NCBI GenBank assembly: GCA_938022935.1
Contig: CALIHL010000124.1
Location: 11,585 to 75,584 of the forward strand
DNA from: an uncultured Saprospiraceae bacterium
Lineage (GTDB): Bacteria > Bacteroidota > Bacteroidia > Chitinophagales > Saprospiraceae
Reading direction: 5' to 3'
DNA length: 64,000 nucleotides
Each line of letters starts with the position of its first letter. Within the stretch, counting starts at the first letter, position 1. The position numbers and the translations under genes were made by a program. Shown in pieces: positions 9,735 through 19,941 of this stretch. Under the pieces are notes generated by a model. It was not told the origin of the DNA. It saw only the letters and a program-made list of their open reading frames with translations, and did not search any database.

Positions 9735-10499
9735 TTAACCTAAAAAAGAGGATACCTGGTCAAAAAGTTCCTTGGGTCGCTCCGCATGTACCCAATGGCC
9801 TGCTTCTATAGTGACAACAGAGACCTCCGCTTCCGACAGATGATCACTCAGCTTAGATGCTTCTTCTTCACTTATATAATGCGACTTACTCCCTCTTATA
9901 AACAACGTCTTTGCTTTGATATCTAACACATCCACTTCAGAAAGAATTGCTTCATAACTACTGTATAAAGCCTTAAAGTTGGTCTTCCATCTGAATCCTC
10001 CCTCTTTATCTCTCGCTAAGCTTTTCAGTAAGAACTGTCTGACGCCTTGATCTTTGATTTTAAGAACAAGCTTGTCTTCAGCTTCCTTACGATCTTTAAG
10101 TTGTGCAGGCTCTATAGAGAAGATCGCTTCAAATATCGCATCATGTCCTCTTGGATATTTCTTTTGAGCGATATCTATTACAATCAGTTTGTCAATTCTA
10201 TCTGGGTATTCTTGTGCAAGGGTCATCGCCACTTTGCCGCCCATCGAATGCCCAATCACATCGGCTTGTTGAATCTCAAGTTCATCCATCAACTGAACAA
10301 CATCTTGAGCAGCTATCTGATAATCAAAGTCATCGGACCAAAAGGATCGACCATGGTTCCGGAGGTCCACTAAGATGATCTCATATTGATCTTTTAACAT
10401 GCCTGCAAATGTTCTCCAATTGTCCCCTGTCCCGAATAGTCCATGAAGGATAATAACAGGTCTCCCCTCGCCTACTTTTTTATAAAAAATCATGCTCAC
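9735..10499 (-). CDS. alpha/beta-fold hydrolase (YbfF-like esterase)
   Basis: 254 aa. It has an HGLFG oxyanion motif, a GHSMGG nucleophile elbow and a C-terminal GHW..AE. Confidence 0.8.
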   Translation of the reverse strand: MSMIFYKKVGEGRPVIILHGLFGTGDNWRTFAGMLKDQYEIILVDLRNHGRSFWSDDFDYQIAAQDVVQLMDELEIQQADVIGHSMGGKVAMTLAQEYPDRIDKLIVIDIAQKKYPRGHDAIFEAIFSIEPAQLKDRKEAEDKLVLKIKDQGVRQFLLKSLARDKEGGFRWKTNFKALYSSYEAILSEVDVLDIKAKTLFIRGSKSHYISEEEASKLSDHLSEAEVSVVTIEAGHWVHAERPKELFDQVSSFLG

Positions 10500-10567
10500 A
10501 AATATAGTTGAGTATTATCAGTGATACCCACTACTCAATAGATGGAATATCGTAGTTTTGTGCGCTC

Positions 10568-12454
10568 ATGAGCGAGTTTATAAAGCATGAGTGTGGCCTG
10601 GCGCTGATCAGACTCTTAAAGCCCCTTGAGTTCTATCAAGAAAAGTACGGCGCGCTCTACGGATTGAAGAAATTACAGATCTTATTGCAAAAGCAACGAA
10701 ACCGTGGACAAGATGGTGCAGGTTTAGCAACGATCAAACTAAACACAAGACCAGGAAAGAGATACATCAGCAGAAGAAGGAGCAATAGCCCTCAGTATCT
10801 GAAGGATTTATTTCAAGGAGCTTTTGCTCACTTTGAAGGGCTTACTTCCGAACAACTTAATGATCCGCTGTGGCTCAAAGAACACAAACCATATTCTGGT
10901 GAATTGCTTTTGGGTCACCTTCGATATGGTACGCATGGTAAGAACATCATAGAAACGGTACACCCGTTCTTAAGACAAAACAACTGGATCAGTAGAAACC
11001 TAGTCATAGCCGGCAACTTCAATATGACCAATGTTGCAGAACTCTTTCAAGAGTTGGTTGAGCTAGGTCAGTATCCTAAAGAAAAGTCAGATACAGTAAC
11101 AGTACTTGAGAAGATTGGACACTTCTTAGATGACGAGGTAGAAAGGCTTTACAACTGGTTCAAACCCGAAGGTTATACTATAGATCAGATCAACAATCTG
11201 ATTGCAGATAATATGGATGTCCAGAGAGTCTTGAGAAGGGCATGTAGAAAGTTTGACGGAGGATATGTCATGGCTGGGATGATCGGACATGGTGACGCCT
11301 TTGTAGCCAGAGACCCTTCGGGTATCAGACCTGCATTCTATTATCAAGATGATGAGGTTGTCGTGATGGCTTCAGAAAGACCAGCGATACAAACAGCTTT
11401 TAATGTACATGTTGATACAGTCAAGGAACTCGAAAGAGGTCATGCCCTCATCATCAAAAGAGGAGGTGCCGTAGATGTTGTGCCTTATAAGGACCAAAGG
11501 AAGCGGACAGCTTGCTCCTTCGAGCGTATCTACTTTTCAAGAGGTACAGACAAAGACATATATAAGGAGCGTAAGAAACTCGGACAACTTCTTGTGGATG
11601 AAGTATTAGAAGAGGTAGAGCATGATCTTGAAAACACTGTCTTCTCTTTTATACCCAATACAGCAGAAGTAGCTTTCTACGGATTTGTAGATGGCCTTCA
11701 CCAATATCTTAATAAGTACAAGGCCAAGAGGATACGTGAGAATAAAAGTCTAAGCGAAGAGGAGATTGAGAATATCCTCAATGAACGACCACGTGTTGAA
11801 AAGCTTACGATCAAGGATGAAAAGTTAAGAACATTCATAGCAGATGATCTTAGTCGTGGAGAAATGATCTCCCATGTCTATGATGTGACTTATGGGATCG
11901 TCAAAAATCATACGGACACCATTGTCGTCTTAGATGACTCTATCGTAAGAGGTGCTACACTAAGAGATAGTATCATAGAGATCCTCTCTCGACTAAAGCC
12001 CAAGAAAATCGTAGTGATCTCGTCAGCGCCTCAGATCAGGTATCCTGATTGCTATGGCATTGATATGTCTAAGATGGGAGCGTTTGTGGCTTTCCAAGCT
12101 TTGATCCATCTCTTGAAAGAAGAGGGTAAAGAAGACCTCATCACTAAAGCATACGAACGAGCTAAGTCACTACTAGCAGAAGACAAAGGGCACACAGAGA
12201 ATGTGGTCAAAAGCCTTTATGCAGAATATGACTACAGAGTAATCTCTGATAAGATCAGCGAAATTCTGAAACCTAAGAGCGCTAAGTGCGAGCTTAAAAT
12301 CATATATCAGACGATAGAAAGCCTAAGAGAAGCATGTCCTAATAATAGTGGCGATTGGTTTTTCTCTGGAGACTATCCTACTCCGGGAGGATTCAGAGTA
12401 GTCAATCAAGCTTTTATTAATTTTGTGGAGCAGAAGAATGAAAGAGCCTATTAA
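10568..12454 (+). CDS. purF: amidophosphoribosyltransferase, long Bacteroidetes form
   Basis: 628 aa. The Ntn Cys comes after a short propeptide (MSEFIKHE/CGLA). The PRPP-binding loop is VVLDDSIVRGAT. A TAGTTTTG -7 box lies at 10553-10560. Confidence 0.8.
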   Translation: MSEFIKHECGLALIRLLKPLEFYQEKYGALYGLKKLQILLQKQRNRGQDGAGLATIKLNTRPGKRYISRRRSNSPQYLKDLFQGAFAHFEGLTSEQLNDPLWLKEHKPYSGELLLGHLRYGTHGKNIIETVHPFLRQNNWISRNLVIAGNFNMTNVAELFQELVELGQYPKEKSDTVTVLEKIGHFLDDEVERLYNWFKPEGYTIDQINNLIADNMDVQRVLRRACRKFDGGYVMAGMIGHGDAFVARDPSGIRPAFYYQDDEVVVMASERPAIQTAFNVHVDTVKELERGHALIIKRGGAVDVVPYKDQRKRTACSFERIYFSRGTDKDIYKERKKLGQLLVDEVLEEVEHDLENTVFSFIPNTAEVAFYGFVDGLHQYLNKYKAKRIRENKSLSEEEIENILNERPRVEKLTIKDEKLRTFIADDLSRGEMISHVYDVTYGIVKNHTDTIVVLDDSIVRGATLRDSIIEILSRLKPKKIVVISSAPQIRYPDCYGIDMSKMGAFVAFQALIHLLKEEGKEDLITKAYERAKSLLAEDKGHTENVVKSLYAEYDYRVISDKISEILKPKSAKCELKIIYQTIESLREACPNNSGDWFFSGDYPTPGGFRVVNQAFINFVEQKNERAY

Positions 12455-12496
12455 AGCGTTTTGCATAAAACTCCAAACACAAAAAATCAATAAAAC

Positions 12497-13066
12497 ATGA
12501 GACGTCCAGTTTATACAGCATTATATATGTTGATGATCGTTGGGATCTTTTTCTCACTTTCTTTGATATATCAGTCTTGCGGCGAAAAAACACCAGCAGC
12601 TCCTACAGAAGAAGAATTAGCCGAAAAAGCAGGCGATGTCTCTGACAGTTATACTCAAGAAGAATTCTTTGAAGATGACGATGCTTCTGGAAGTGACAGT
12701 GACGATGTTGAAGATGAGGGAGAAGAGATGTCTACTATAGATGAGGACAATGATGATAGCTATACTACTTCATCCTCGTCATCATCATCTTACTCGAATG
12801 AAACCCCTGCTGCTACGTCTAGTTCTTTGGGTCAAGGTGGGTATATCGTAGTGGCTGGTAACTATCTTTTAGAAAACAATGCCTCTGAGATGGTCAGAAA
12901 GCTAAAGTCCGCTGGATACAACAAAGCAGACAAAGTAGTTTTTGATCTATCCCAGTACTATACTGTTGTAGCAGGAAGCTATGAAAGTCGTTCTCTTGCC
13001 AACTCTGTATCCAGTGAGCTGACAGGTAAGGGAATTGACAACTACGTGCTAAAACGTAAGGGTTAA
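12497..13066 (+). CDS. SPOR-domain membrane protein with acidic/Ser-rich linker
   Basis: 189 aa. An N-terminal TM helix is followed by a D/E/S low-complexity region. The C-terminus GYIVVAGNY...YTVVAGSY is a SPOR-like repeat. Confidence 0.65.
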   Translation: MRRPVYTALYMLMIVGIFFSLSLIYQSCGEKTPAAPTEEELAEKAGDVSDSYTQEEFFEDDDASGSDSDDVEDEGEEMSTIDEDNDDSYTTSSSSSSSYSNETPAATSSSLGQGGYIVVAGNYLLENNASEMVRKLKSAGYNKADKVVFDLSQYYTVVAGSYESRSLANSVSSELTGKGIDNYVLKRKG

Positions 13067-13157
13067 GGCAGTTAAACAATAGTTAAAGCAAAACAAGAAA
13101 GATTTATTCTGTTCATTTTGCAGTTGAACAGCTTGATTAATAATGTAACTCATAGAA

Positions 13158-13676
13158 ATGAAAAAATTCAAAACTTTAAGCGCGATACTTTTTGCATCAT
13201 TTATCTGGATCAGTTCATATGGTCAAAAGATCGCTGTCATAGATATAAACGCTGTTCTACAAGAACTCCCTGAGTATATCACAGCACAACAACAATTAGA
13301 TAAAGTTGCCGCTGAGTGGAATCAAGAGATTGCTGGAGAATATGATAAGATCAAAAGTTTGTACAACAAGTATCAAGCAGAACAGGTCTTACTAAGCGAC
13401 GAAGTAAAAGCACAAAGAGAAGAGGAGATCATGCAGAAGGAGAAGGTCGTAAGAGAACTACAGAAGAGAAAGTTTGGATCTGAAGGTGAGTTATTTCTGA
13501 AAAGGAGAGAGATCATCAATCCGATACAAGAAAAAGTCTTCGCGGCTATAGAGACCTTCGCTTTGGATAGAGGATATGATCTTGTTTTAGATAAGGCGGG
13601 ATCTGCAGGAGTTCTCTTCGTAGGAGAAGAATTTGATAAGACAGACCTTATTAAGAGAAGACTAGGGATTAGATAA
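13158..13676 (+). CDS. OmpH/Skp-family periplasmic chaperone
   Basis: 172 aa. It has a signal peptide, a coiled-coil core rich in Q/E/K, and a C-terminal ...YDLVLDK... block. Confidence 0.8.
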   Translation: MKKFKTLSAILFASFIWISSYGQKIAVIDINAVLQELPEYITAQQQLDKVAAEWNQEIAGEYDKIKSLYNKYQAEQVLLSDEVKAQREEEIMQKEKVVRELQKRKFGSEGELFLKRREIINPIQEKVFAAIETFALDRGYDLVLDKAGSAGVLFVGEEFDKTDLIKRRLGIR

Positions 13677-13740
13677 CTTTCCCATAACGATTAAGGGGAT
13701 TATATTTGCGTCCTCATATTACAAAACAACATTTTTAAAG

Positions 13741-14253
13741 ATGATGAATAAACTACAAACATATTTGCTCTTATGTCTTTGTCTCTTCGCGACGCTAGCT
13801 GTAAGTGCACAAAAATTTGGATACATCAACTCACAGCAGTTGATACAGCAGATCCCTCAAGTGAAAGAGGCTAATGCTGAGCTTGAGACGCTTCAGAAGC
13901 AGTATGAAAGCCAGATGCAGAATAAGGCGACTGAGTTGCAAACGAAGTACCAAGCACTTGCAAGAAAGCAGGAGCAAGGTGAGATCTCTCCAAAACAATT
14001 TGAGACAGAATCAGCGACTCTAGAACAAGAAAGAGTAACTGTAGCTAAGTTTCAACAAGAGATTCAGCAGAATCTCGCAACAAAAAGTGAAGACTTGCTG
14101 AAGCCCATAAGAGACAAGATCAATGATGCAATCAACGCAGTAGCCAAAGAAAATGGTTACACATACATATTTGATATGAGCGTAGGTGTCTTATTGTATG
14201 CAGAAGAGTCCACTGATGTAGGTAGTCTCGTAAAAGCAAAACTCGGTCTTTAA
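13741..14253 (+). CDS. OmpH/Skp-family periplasmic chaperone, second copy
   Basis: 170 aa. It has a signal peptide, then KFGYINSQQL and a C-terminal GYTYIFD. A TATATTTG -7 box lies at 13701-13708. Confidence 0.8.
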   Translation: MMNKLQTYLLLCLCLFATLAVSAQKFGYINSQQLIQQIPQVKEANAELETLQKQYESQMQNKATELQTKYQALARKQEQGEISPKQFETESATLEQERVTVAKFQQEIQQNLATKSEDLLKPIRDKINDAINAVAKENGYTYIFDMSVGVLLYAEESTDVGSLVKAKLGL

Positions 14254-14295
14254 GAAAAGACTGAGTTGATCTCAATGATCAAACAATATATAATC

Positions 14296-14328
14296 GAAGC
14301 TCTCTGTATACAGGGAGCTTCTTTTTTT
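14296..14328 (+). terminator. Rho-independent terminator after the ompH pair
   Basis: Stem GAAGCTCTCTG/CAGGGAGCTTC with one G-U pair and loop TATA, followed by T7. Confidence 0.8.
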
Positions 14329-14348
14329 GGACTTAGATTATCCTTCAG

Positions 14349-14855
14349 ATGAAAAATGCTTTACTATTTCTATTGTTACTCACTGTATCAATGGGAGCAC
14401 TAACTGCTCAAGAAGAGCATGACGCTTCTATAGAAGACGCTTTTAGCAAATATCGCCAAGCCTACCTATCCGTTGATCGTGCTAAGTTGGTCGAGATGAG
14501 TCACCCTAACATTGTAGAGATGGGAGGTGGCTCAGCATTTATGGTAGAAGAGTTCACTCAAGATTACAATATGTACTCTGCCTTAGGCATAAAGCTCGTT
14601 GACTTAACGATCAACAAATCATCCAAGGTGCTCAAGGTAGAAGATAGCTTACAAGCGATGTTGCCTTATGAGCGTATCTTAGACAAAGACGAAGACATCA
14701 TATCTGAGAAGGGCTTTTTTCTAATCATATCACAAGACGATGGGGAAAGCTGGTCCTTTACAGATATGCGCAAATACGACACTGAGAGTATCAAGATCTT
14801 CATCCCCAATTATAATGAGCGCCTCAGCATCTATCTTAATTCTATCAACCACTAA
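14349..14855 (+). CDS. hypothetical secreted protein
   Basis: 168 aa with a Bacteroidetes-type signal peptide (...GALTAQ). I recognise no family. Confidence 0.5.
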   Translation: MKNALLFLLLLTVSMGALTAQEEHDASIEDAFSKYRQAYLSVDRAKLVEMSHPNIVEMGGGSAFMVEEFTQDYNMYSALGIKLVDLTINKSSKVLKVEDSLQAMLPYERILDKDEDIISEKGFFLIISQDDGESWSFTDMRKYDTESIKIFIPNYNERLSIYLNSINH

Positions 14856-14866
14856 GCGTTATATCT

Positions 14867-15220
14867 TTGAGCACCTCCAAGTACTTACAATTAGAAAAAG
14901 AACTGCTGCCATATCGTAAGATTATGAATATGGCCTCCAACTCCATTATAGATCAAGAGATCACTAAATATCCCATATTTGTGGTTCATCAGCATACAGT
15001 TGAGATCGGTGTATCACTGACCAATGATGATAATGCAGGATCATGGAAGGTGCAGGCTTCAAGCTTAGAAGAGTTTGTATCGAAGCAACTGATAGAATCC
15101 AACAAAGTGGATTCTTTTCGGACCATATATAAAGCACCAGACAAGTTCTTTTGTGTGTTTGTACTTAGCGAACTAGGAGCCAAGTTCATCTTCATACCTA
15201 GAGAGGAAGAAAAGAAATAG
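14867..15220 (+). CDS. hypothetical protein
   Basis: 117-aa ORF with a TTG start in the track; internal ATG alternatives exist at codons 20 and 22. I recognise no family. Confidence 0.35.
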   Translation: MSTSKYLQLEKELLPYRKIMNMASNSIIDQEITKYPIFVVHQHTVEIGVSLTNDDNAGSWKVQASSLEEFVSKQLIESNKVDSFRTIYKAPDKFFCVFVLSELGAKFIFIPREEEKK

Positions 15221-15313
15221 GTATCCCCGCTTCTATACTCATGAGCAATTAATATACCTTGCCTGTTGAACAATTAATGCAATATTTTTTTGTTCAATCT
15301 GACAAGCAAGTCT

Positions 15314-16420
15314 ATGAGCGAACCTTCTTCCACATCTTTTGACTCTCAACAGGAGAAGGTTTTAGATTCTATCCGTCCGACTAAGATCATCTTGCCGATT
15401 ATTATCGGTCTTGCTGTGATTTACTTTTTAGTAAAGAGTCAACTCAATCTTGAAGAGCTACATAACATCAGTTGGTCAAGCAGAGCTTTCTTATGGCTCT
15501 TAGTGGCAGTCGTAGTCTACTTCGGAAGACACCTACTTTACTCTTATCGGCTTAGGATATTATCAGAGGGTGACTTCTCCTGGGTCAAGACAATTGAACT
15601 CGTTACGATATTGGAGTTTGCAAGCGCAGTCAGCCCAACCAATTTCGGTGGTAGTGCTGTAGCTTTCTTCTTATTGATACAAGAGAACATATCAGCCGCG
15701 CGCGCGACAGCGATTGTGATCTATACCATCATAGCAGATACGCTATTCTTCGTGTTTAGTTTTCCGATTATATACTTGCTTCTAGGACGAAACTTCTTCT
15801 TGCCCCCAGAAGAACTATCTACAGGCTGGGGCGGCATGGGTATAACCTTGATAATTGTTTGGTTTGTAATGACTGCTTACGGTCTACTTCTACTGTATGG
15901 CTTGTTTGCTCAACCAAAGCATATCAAGCGATTTTTGATGTGGGTATCAAAGTGGCCCTTCTTAAAAAAGTCAAAGCATAGGATTGAAAAAGCAGCTGAA
16001 GATATCGAGGTAAGCTCCCTGCATATCCGCAATATGTCTTGGACATTCCATACCAAGCTGTTTATAGCCACACTTATAGCCTGGATCTTGAGGTTCTTCA
16101 CAGTAACGGCTATCTTATTAGCGCTTAACCCTGAGATGGCACAGTCACTTTATGATCATGTCATACTGTTGGGGAGAGGCGAATCGTTATATGCGATAAC
16201 AGCGTATAGTCCAACACCTGGGGGTAGTGGTGTAGCAGAAGTGATATTTGGGCAGTTTTATAGCGAGTATATTTCTCCAGGTATAGCTGTGATTGCAGCT
16301 CTTTTGTGGCGTGTGATTACATATTATCCATATCTGATATTGGGTGTTATTATTATCCCTAATTGGATTAGAAAGATTATCAATAGAAGGCGTTTAAACT
16401 CTTTAGAACATGACTCGTAA
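15314..16420 (+). CDS. UPF0104/lysylphosphatidylglycerol-synthase TM-region (flippase-like) membrane protein
   Basis: The track ORF starts at TTG 15290; I prefer the in-frame ATG at 15314. It has about 8 TM segments and ...TPGGSGVAE..., typical of this family. Confidence 0.6.
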   Translation: MSEPSSTSFDSQQEKVLDSIRPTKIILPIIIGLAVIYFLVKSQLNLEELHNISWSSRAFLWLLVAVVVYFGRHLLYSYRLRILSEGDFSWVKTIELVTILEFASAVSPTNFGGSAVAFFLLIQENISAARATAIVIYTIIADTLFFVFSFPIIYLLLGRNFFLPPEELSTGWGGMGITLIIVWFVMTAYGLLLLYGLFAQPKHIKRFLMWVSKWPFLKKSKHRIEKAAEDIEVSSLHIRNMSWTFHTKLFIATLIAWILRFFTVTAILLALNPEMAQSLYDHVILLGRGESLYAITAYSPTPGGSGVAEVIFGQFYSEYISPGIAVIAALLWRVITYYPYLILGVIIIPNWIRKIINRRRLNSLEHDS

Positions 16421-16937
16421 GATTATCACTGGTGTTATCATTCTTGTCCTTGGTTTCTTTGCCTATGACTTTTTCCTGAAGCCACCGAGCTTTAAGAACG
16501 GAGCTACTGCGCCGGACTTTTCTGCACAATTGACTGATGGCTCTGACTTTAGTCTATCAGACCTTAGAGGTAACTATGTTCTTCTTGACTTCTGGGGCTC
16601 TTGGTGTGGACCTTGTATCCGTGAGATACCTGATATCAAGAATATGTATGACACTTATCATGGCAAGCAGTTCAAGGATGGCAAAAACTTTCATATCGTC
16701 AGTATCGCTTTAGAAAAATCTGATAAGTACACCAAGCGGATCATAGCAGACCGCGCTCTTAATTGGGACCATCACATCATTGATAGTAACCCTATCATTA
16801 TGCTTTCCTCCTTTGCGCAACTATATGATGTAAAAGACTTACCCAGCAAGTTTCTTATTAATCCAGAAGGTGATATCATAGGTAACAACCTGAGTATTGA
16901 TGAGATGAGAAAGCTACTCAACGCTCGCTTAAATTAG
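16410..16937 (+). CDS. TlpA-family thiol:disulfide oxidoreductase (thioredoxin fold)
   Basis: 175 aa. It has an N-terminal TM anchor and the active site FWGSWCGPC. It overlaps the upstream gene by 11 nt. Confidence 0.85.
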   Translation: MTRKIITGVIILVLGFFAYDFFLKPPSFKNGATAPDFSAQLTDGSDFSLSDLRGNYVLLDFWGSWCGPCIREIPDIKNMYDTYHGKQFKDGKNFHIVSIALEKSDKYTKRIIADRALNWDHHIIDSNPIIMLSSFAQLYDVKDLPSKFLINPEGDIIGNNLSIDEMRKLLNARLN

Positions 16938-16960
16938 AATATTATCTTTCCACCATAATT

Positions 16961-17812
16961 CTAAAACAGACTTCCTTGTTGACCACCTTTTGGGTCTTCG
17001 TGCGGAGGATCTTCTTTGCGTTTTCGCAACCTTGAAGTGGTCATACCCATTCCTTCTAATTTCAATTCTTGGTGGATCTCGTATTCATATTCTGGATAAA
17101 TTCTATCTCCAGTCGGTCGTAGCAAATTAAAGTCTTTATCTCTTGGATTTTTGATAGATGGTGATATAGGATAGGCGTTAAGTTCTTCAGATGGATATGG
17201 GCGCAAGAGTGGTGTGATGTCTTGCAGTGGTGCATCTGACAACCATGTTTGTTCGTCACCTTCTTCTAAGATAACGGGAGATCTATGATGCCCTATTTTT
17301 TGCAAAAGCTGATTGGCTGTCGTTGTAATTATAGAGTATGAAGAGCTCACTTCTCCCGTCTCTTTGTTTACCCACTCATCCCATACACCAGCAAATGCAA
17401 AGGGCCTATTCTTTTTACGCATATAAATTAGAAAGGGCTTACTGAGTTTTTCTTTTTTAGGCCCTTCCATAAAAGCATCTGCTATAATCAGGCAACGCTT
17501 TCTTCTGATTGAAGTTCTAAATGCTGGCTTGCTGATGATACCCATAGCCCCATTATAATTGGGATCATTTTCTTTGTTGTGATCACCTTCAGATCGAGCA
17601 TTAAAAAGATACATTTTCTTTTTTGCCCAAGATGGTGTCATGCCAAATTGGAAAAGTTGCAGCTGGGCTGGTTGCTCATTAGTAATCACAAGCGCCTTGT
17701 CTCCAATGGAGATATTGGACATAGGAGAAAACAAATCATCAGGCGGAGGTAGCGCCTTAAATCTTTTTTGGATCACCTTGAGTTTAGATATGACTACGTA
17801 TCGGCCACACAT
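16961..17812 (-). CDS. SOS-response-associated peptidase (SRAP/YedK family)
   Basis: 283 aa. It starts MCGRY (catalytic Cys2) and has a conserved HHRSPVIL block. The C-terminal tail is basic and Gly/Pro-rich. Confidence 0.85.
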   Translation of the reverse strand: MCGRYVVISKLKVIQKRFKALPPPDDLFSPMSNISIGDKALVITNEQPAQLQLFQFGMTPSWAKKKMYLFNARSEGDHNKENDPNYNGAMGIISKPAFRTSIRRKRCLIIADAFMEGPKKEKLSKPFLIYMRKKNRPFAFAGVWDEWVNKETGEVSSSYSIITTTANQLLQKIGHHRSPVILEEGDEQTWLSDAPLQDITPLLRPYPSEELNAYPISPSIKNPRDKDFNLLRPTGDRIYPEYEYEIHQELKLEGMGMTTSRLRKRKEDPPHEDPKGGQQGSLF

Positions 17813-17845
17813 TTTTTCCAGTTTATAATTAGAAGTAAGATAAGT

Positions 17846-19081
17846 CTATTGATGACGATGTGCCAACAAAGGAGGAGGATCCCCTGTAAATGGATTCATT
17901 CGTCCGATGGTTCGTGCTTGCATACCTTCTGCTCTCATCACTGCACGATCACCAAACCGCTCTCTGATCTTATCCATGGCTTGATAAAGACTGATGATCT
18001 CCTCTGTGTCTTCAAACATATTCATCTGATAGTTGCCGCCCACCAAACTACTAAATCGCACGCCGATCAGTCGAACCAAGACGCGCCGGTTATACAACTT
18101 CTCAAAGAGCTCTTTCACCTTAGGCACGATGATATGATCTGCTGAAGTATAAGGCAGTCTACACTGCAATGTCTGTGTCTGAAAATCAGAATACCTCACC
18201 TTAACCGTGATACATCCAGTCAACTTTTGACCACGTCGTAATTGAAAAGAAAGGTTCTCACCCATCGCTGTGAGCAGTGCACGCAGTTTCTTTACATCTA
18301 TCGTGTCCTTATCAAATGTCCGCTCCGTCGATATAGATTTACGATCATTATAAGGAATCACCGGTGCGTTATCTATACCATTAGCTTTCTTCCATATAAG
18401 AGTGCCGTTCTTACCAAAAACACTCTCCATCATCTCTACGGGCATCTTTTGAACAGTACCGATCACTTTTACTCCAAGGTGACAAAGCATTTGGTGCGTC
18501 TTGGGGCCCACCATTGGGATCTTACGAACAGGTAGCGGTGATAAAAAGGGTCGCTCCAGTCCCTTTTCGATATGAAGCTGGTTGTTGGGCTTGGCAAGTC
18601 CTGTAGCGATCTTCGAGACCGTTTTGTTGATAGAAAGCCCAAAAGAGATCGGCAGATGAGTCTCTTTTATAATCTTTTGCCTCATTTCAGAGGCGTACTT
18701 CATACAGCCGAAGTAAGCATCCATACCGCTGAGATCAACATAAAATTCATCAATAGAGGCCTTCTCATAAGTCGGTGCATACTCCTTGATGATCTCAGTC
18801 ACCATATCAGAGAACTTGCTATAAGTCCCACTATTGCCTCGGATGATTACAGCTTCTGGACAGAGTTGTCGCGCTAGCCTCATTGGCATGGCAGAACGGA
18901 TACCATATCTCCGGGCTTCATAGCTACATGCTGCGACAACACCTCTACCAGATAGCCCACCAATGAGAACAGGTCGATTCATCAACCTGCTGTCAAGCAG
19001 ACGCTCACAAGACACAAAAAAGGTGTCTAGGTCTAGGTGTACTATGGTTCTTGGGGTACTACTCATGGGAGTTTGGGTCAC
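17846..19081 (-). CDS. dinB: Y-family DNA polymerase (Pol IV/DinB-like), catalytic residues intact
   Basis: 411 aa. VHLDLDTFFVSCE and SIDEFYVDLSG retain the Asp/Asp-Glu catalytic triad and the steric-gate Phe. Confidence 0.85.
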   Translation of the reverse strand: MTQTPMSSTPRTIVHLDLDTFFVSCERLLDSRLMNRPVLIGGLSGRGVVAACSYEARRYGIRSAMPMRLARQLCPEAVIIRGNSGTYSKFSDMVTEIIKEYAPTYEKASIDEFYVDLSGMDAYFGCMKYASEMRQKIIKETHLPISFGLSINKTVSKIATGLAKPNNQLHIEKGLERPFLSPLPVRKIPMVGPKTHQMLCHLGVKVIGTVQKMPVEMMESVFGKNGTLIWKKANGIDNAPVIPYNDRKSISTERTFDKDTIDVKKLRALLTAMGENLSFQLRRGQKLTGCITVKVRYSDFQTQTLQCRLPYTSADHIIVPKVKELFEKLYNRRVLVRLIGVRFSSLVGGNYQMNMFEDTEEIISLYQAMDKIRERFGDRAVMRAEGMQARTIGRMNPFTGDPPPLLAHRHQ

Positions 19082-19138
19082 GTGGTTTTGGAACTGCGCT
19101 TTAGAATATCTCTGACTAAAAGCCCAGTTTTTCTTCTT

Positions 19139-19924
19139 TTACACCTGCTTTAGCTCATCGACATCTTTCTTTAGTTGTAAGACAATACTGCTCAACTGTT
19201 GCATCTCAGACTTAGATCGATCTTCTTGGTCAGGCAGATCAAAACTTAGATAGGCGAGATTTTTCCACACTTCAACCAACTCTTCTATATGCAAATGGTA
19301 GGGGTCATACAGGATGTTATCGGATTTTAACAAGAGTCGATGATGGTTAGGTTCTTTCCAGACTCGTTTATAAACTATGCCTTGAGACCTGGTAACGATG
19401 ATATGGCTTTCTCCATCTTTAAGGTCTCGCCAGTCTGCTACATACTCGCAGATGATATAACTGCCATCCGCGATAGGCAACATACTGTCTCCTTCAATCT
19501 GAAAAAGACGGTAACTCCTATCTGGATACAGCTCTGGTAATGGCAAATTAAACTTGGGTAAATTTTTTATATACTCTGGGTCCGCATATCCATGCGAGTA
19601 ACCAGCTCGAGCAGCAACTGGCACTATAGATATCTGCTCTTGGTTGTCTTGATCTATGACAATGGGTAAGATCCTAAGGGTCTTACCTTCTATGTCCACC
19701 TTAGGGCTGTCCTTGCCCTTCGTTAAATCTTGGTTGATCAACTCATCAAGGGATAAACCAAAGAGATATGAAAGCTTCTGGATGGCGTCTAGCTTGGGCT
19801 CTGCGCGATGCTCTTCATAAGAACCAATCTGCGCACGCTTAAGTCCTATCCGTTCAGCAAGATCGGCTTGGGTATAACCTTTTTGCTTTCGCAAATACTT
19901 AATGTTCTTATTGAGATAGCTCAT
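19139..19924 (-). CDS. LexA-like repressor: CI/XRE-type HTH plus S24 self-cleaving peptidase domain
   Basis: 261 aa. The N-terminal HTH is LRKQKGYTQADLAERIG. A possible Ala-Gly cleavage site lies in VAARAGYS. The S24 motifs are GDSMLP and VYKRV. The C-terminal extension looks coiled-coil-like. Confidence 0.8.
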   Translation of the reverse strand: MSYLNKNIKYLRKQKGYTQADLAERIGLKRAQIGSYEEHRAEPKLDAIQKLSYLFGLSLDELINQDLTKGKDSPKVDIEGKTLRILPIVIDQDNQEQISIVPVAARAGYSHGYADPEYIKNLPKFNLPLPELYPDRSYRLFQIEGDSMLPIADGSYIICEYVADWRDLKDGESHIIVTRSQGIVYKRVWKEPNHHRLLLKSDNILYDPYHLHIEELVEVWKNLAYLSFDLPDQEDRSKSEMQQLSSIVLQLKKDVDELKQV

Positions 19925-19928
19925 GTAC

Positions 19929-19936
19929 CAAATATA
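19929..19936 (-). promoter_or_regulatory. Bacteroidetes -7 box (TATATTTG on the minus strand) for the lexA-like operon
   Basis: The reverse complement of CAAATATA is TATATTTG. It ends 4 nt before the ATG, implying a leaderless or near-leaderless mRNA. Confidence 0.4.
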
Positions 19937-19941
19937 TAGCC

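Noticed and set aside
17846-19081. Calling the Y-family polymerase ImuB, to complete an imuA-imuB-dnaE2 cassette
   Set aside because: ImuB proteins lack the catalytic acidic residues. This protein keeps DLD...E and SIDE (the Asp/Asp-Glu triad) and a steric-gate Phe, so it looks like an active Pol IV. No ImuA/RecA-like ORF is present.
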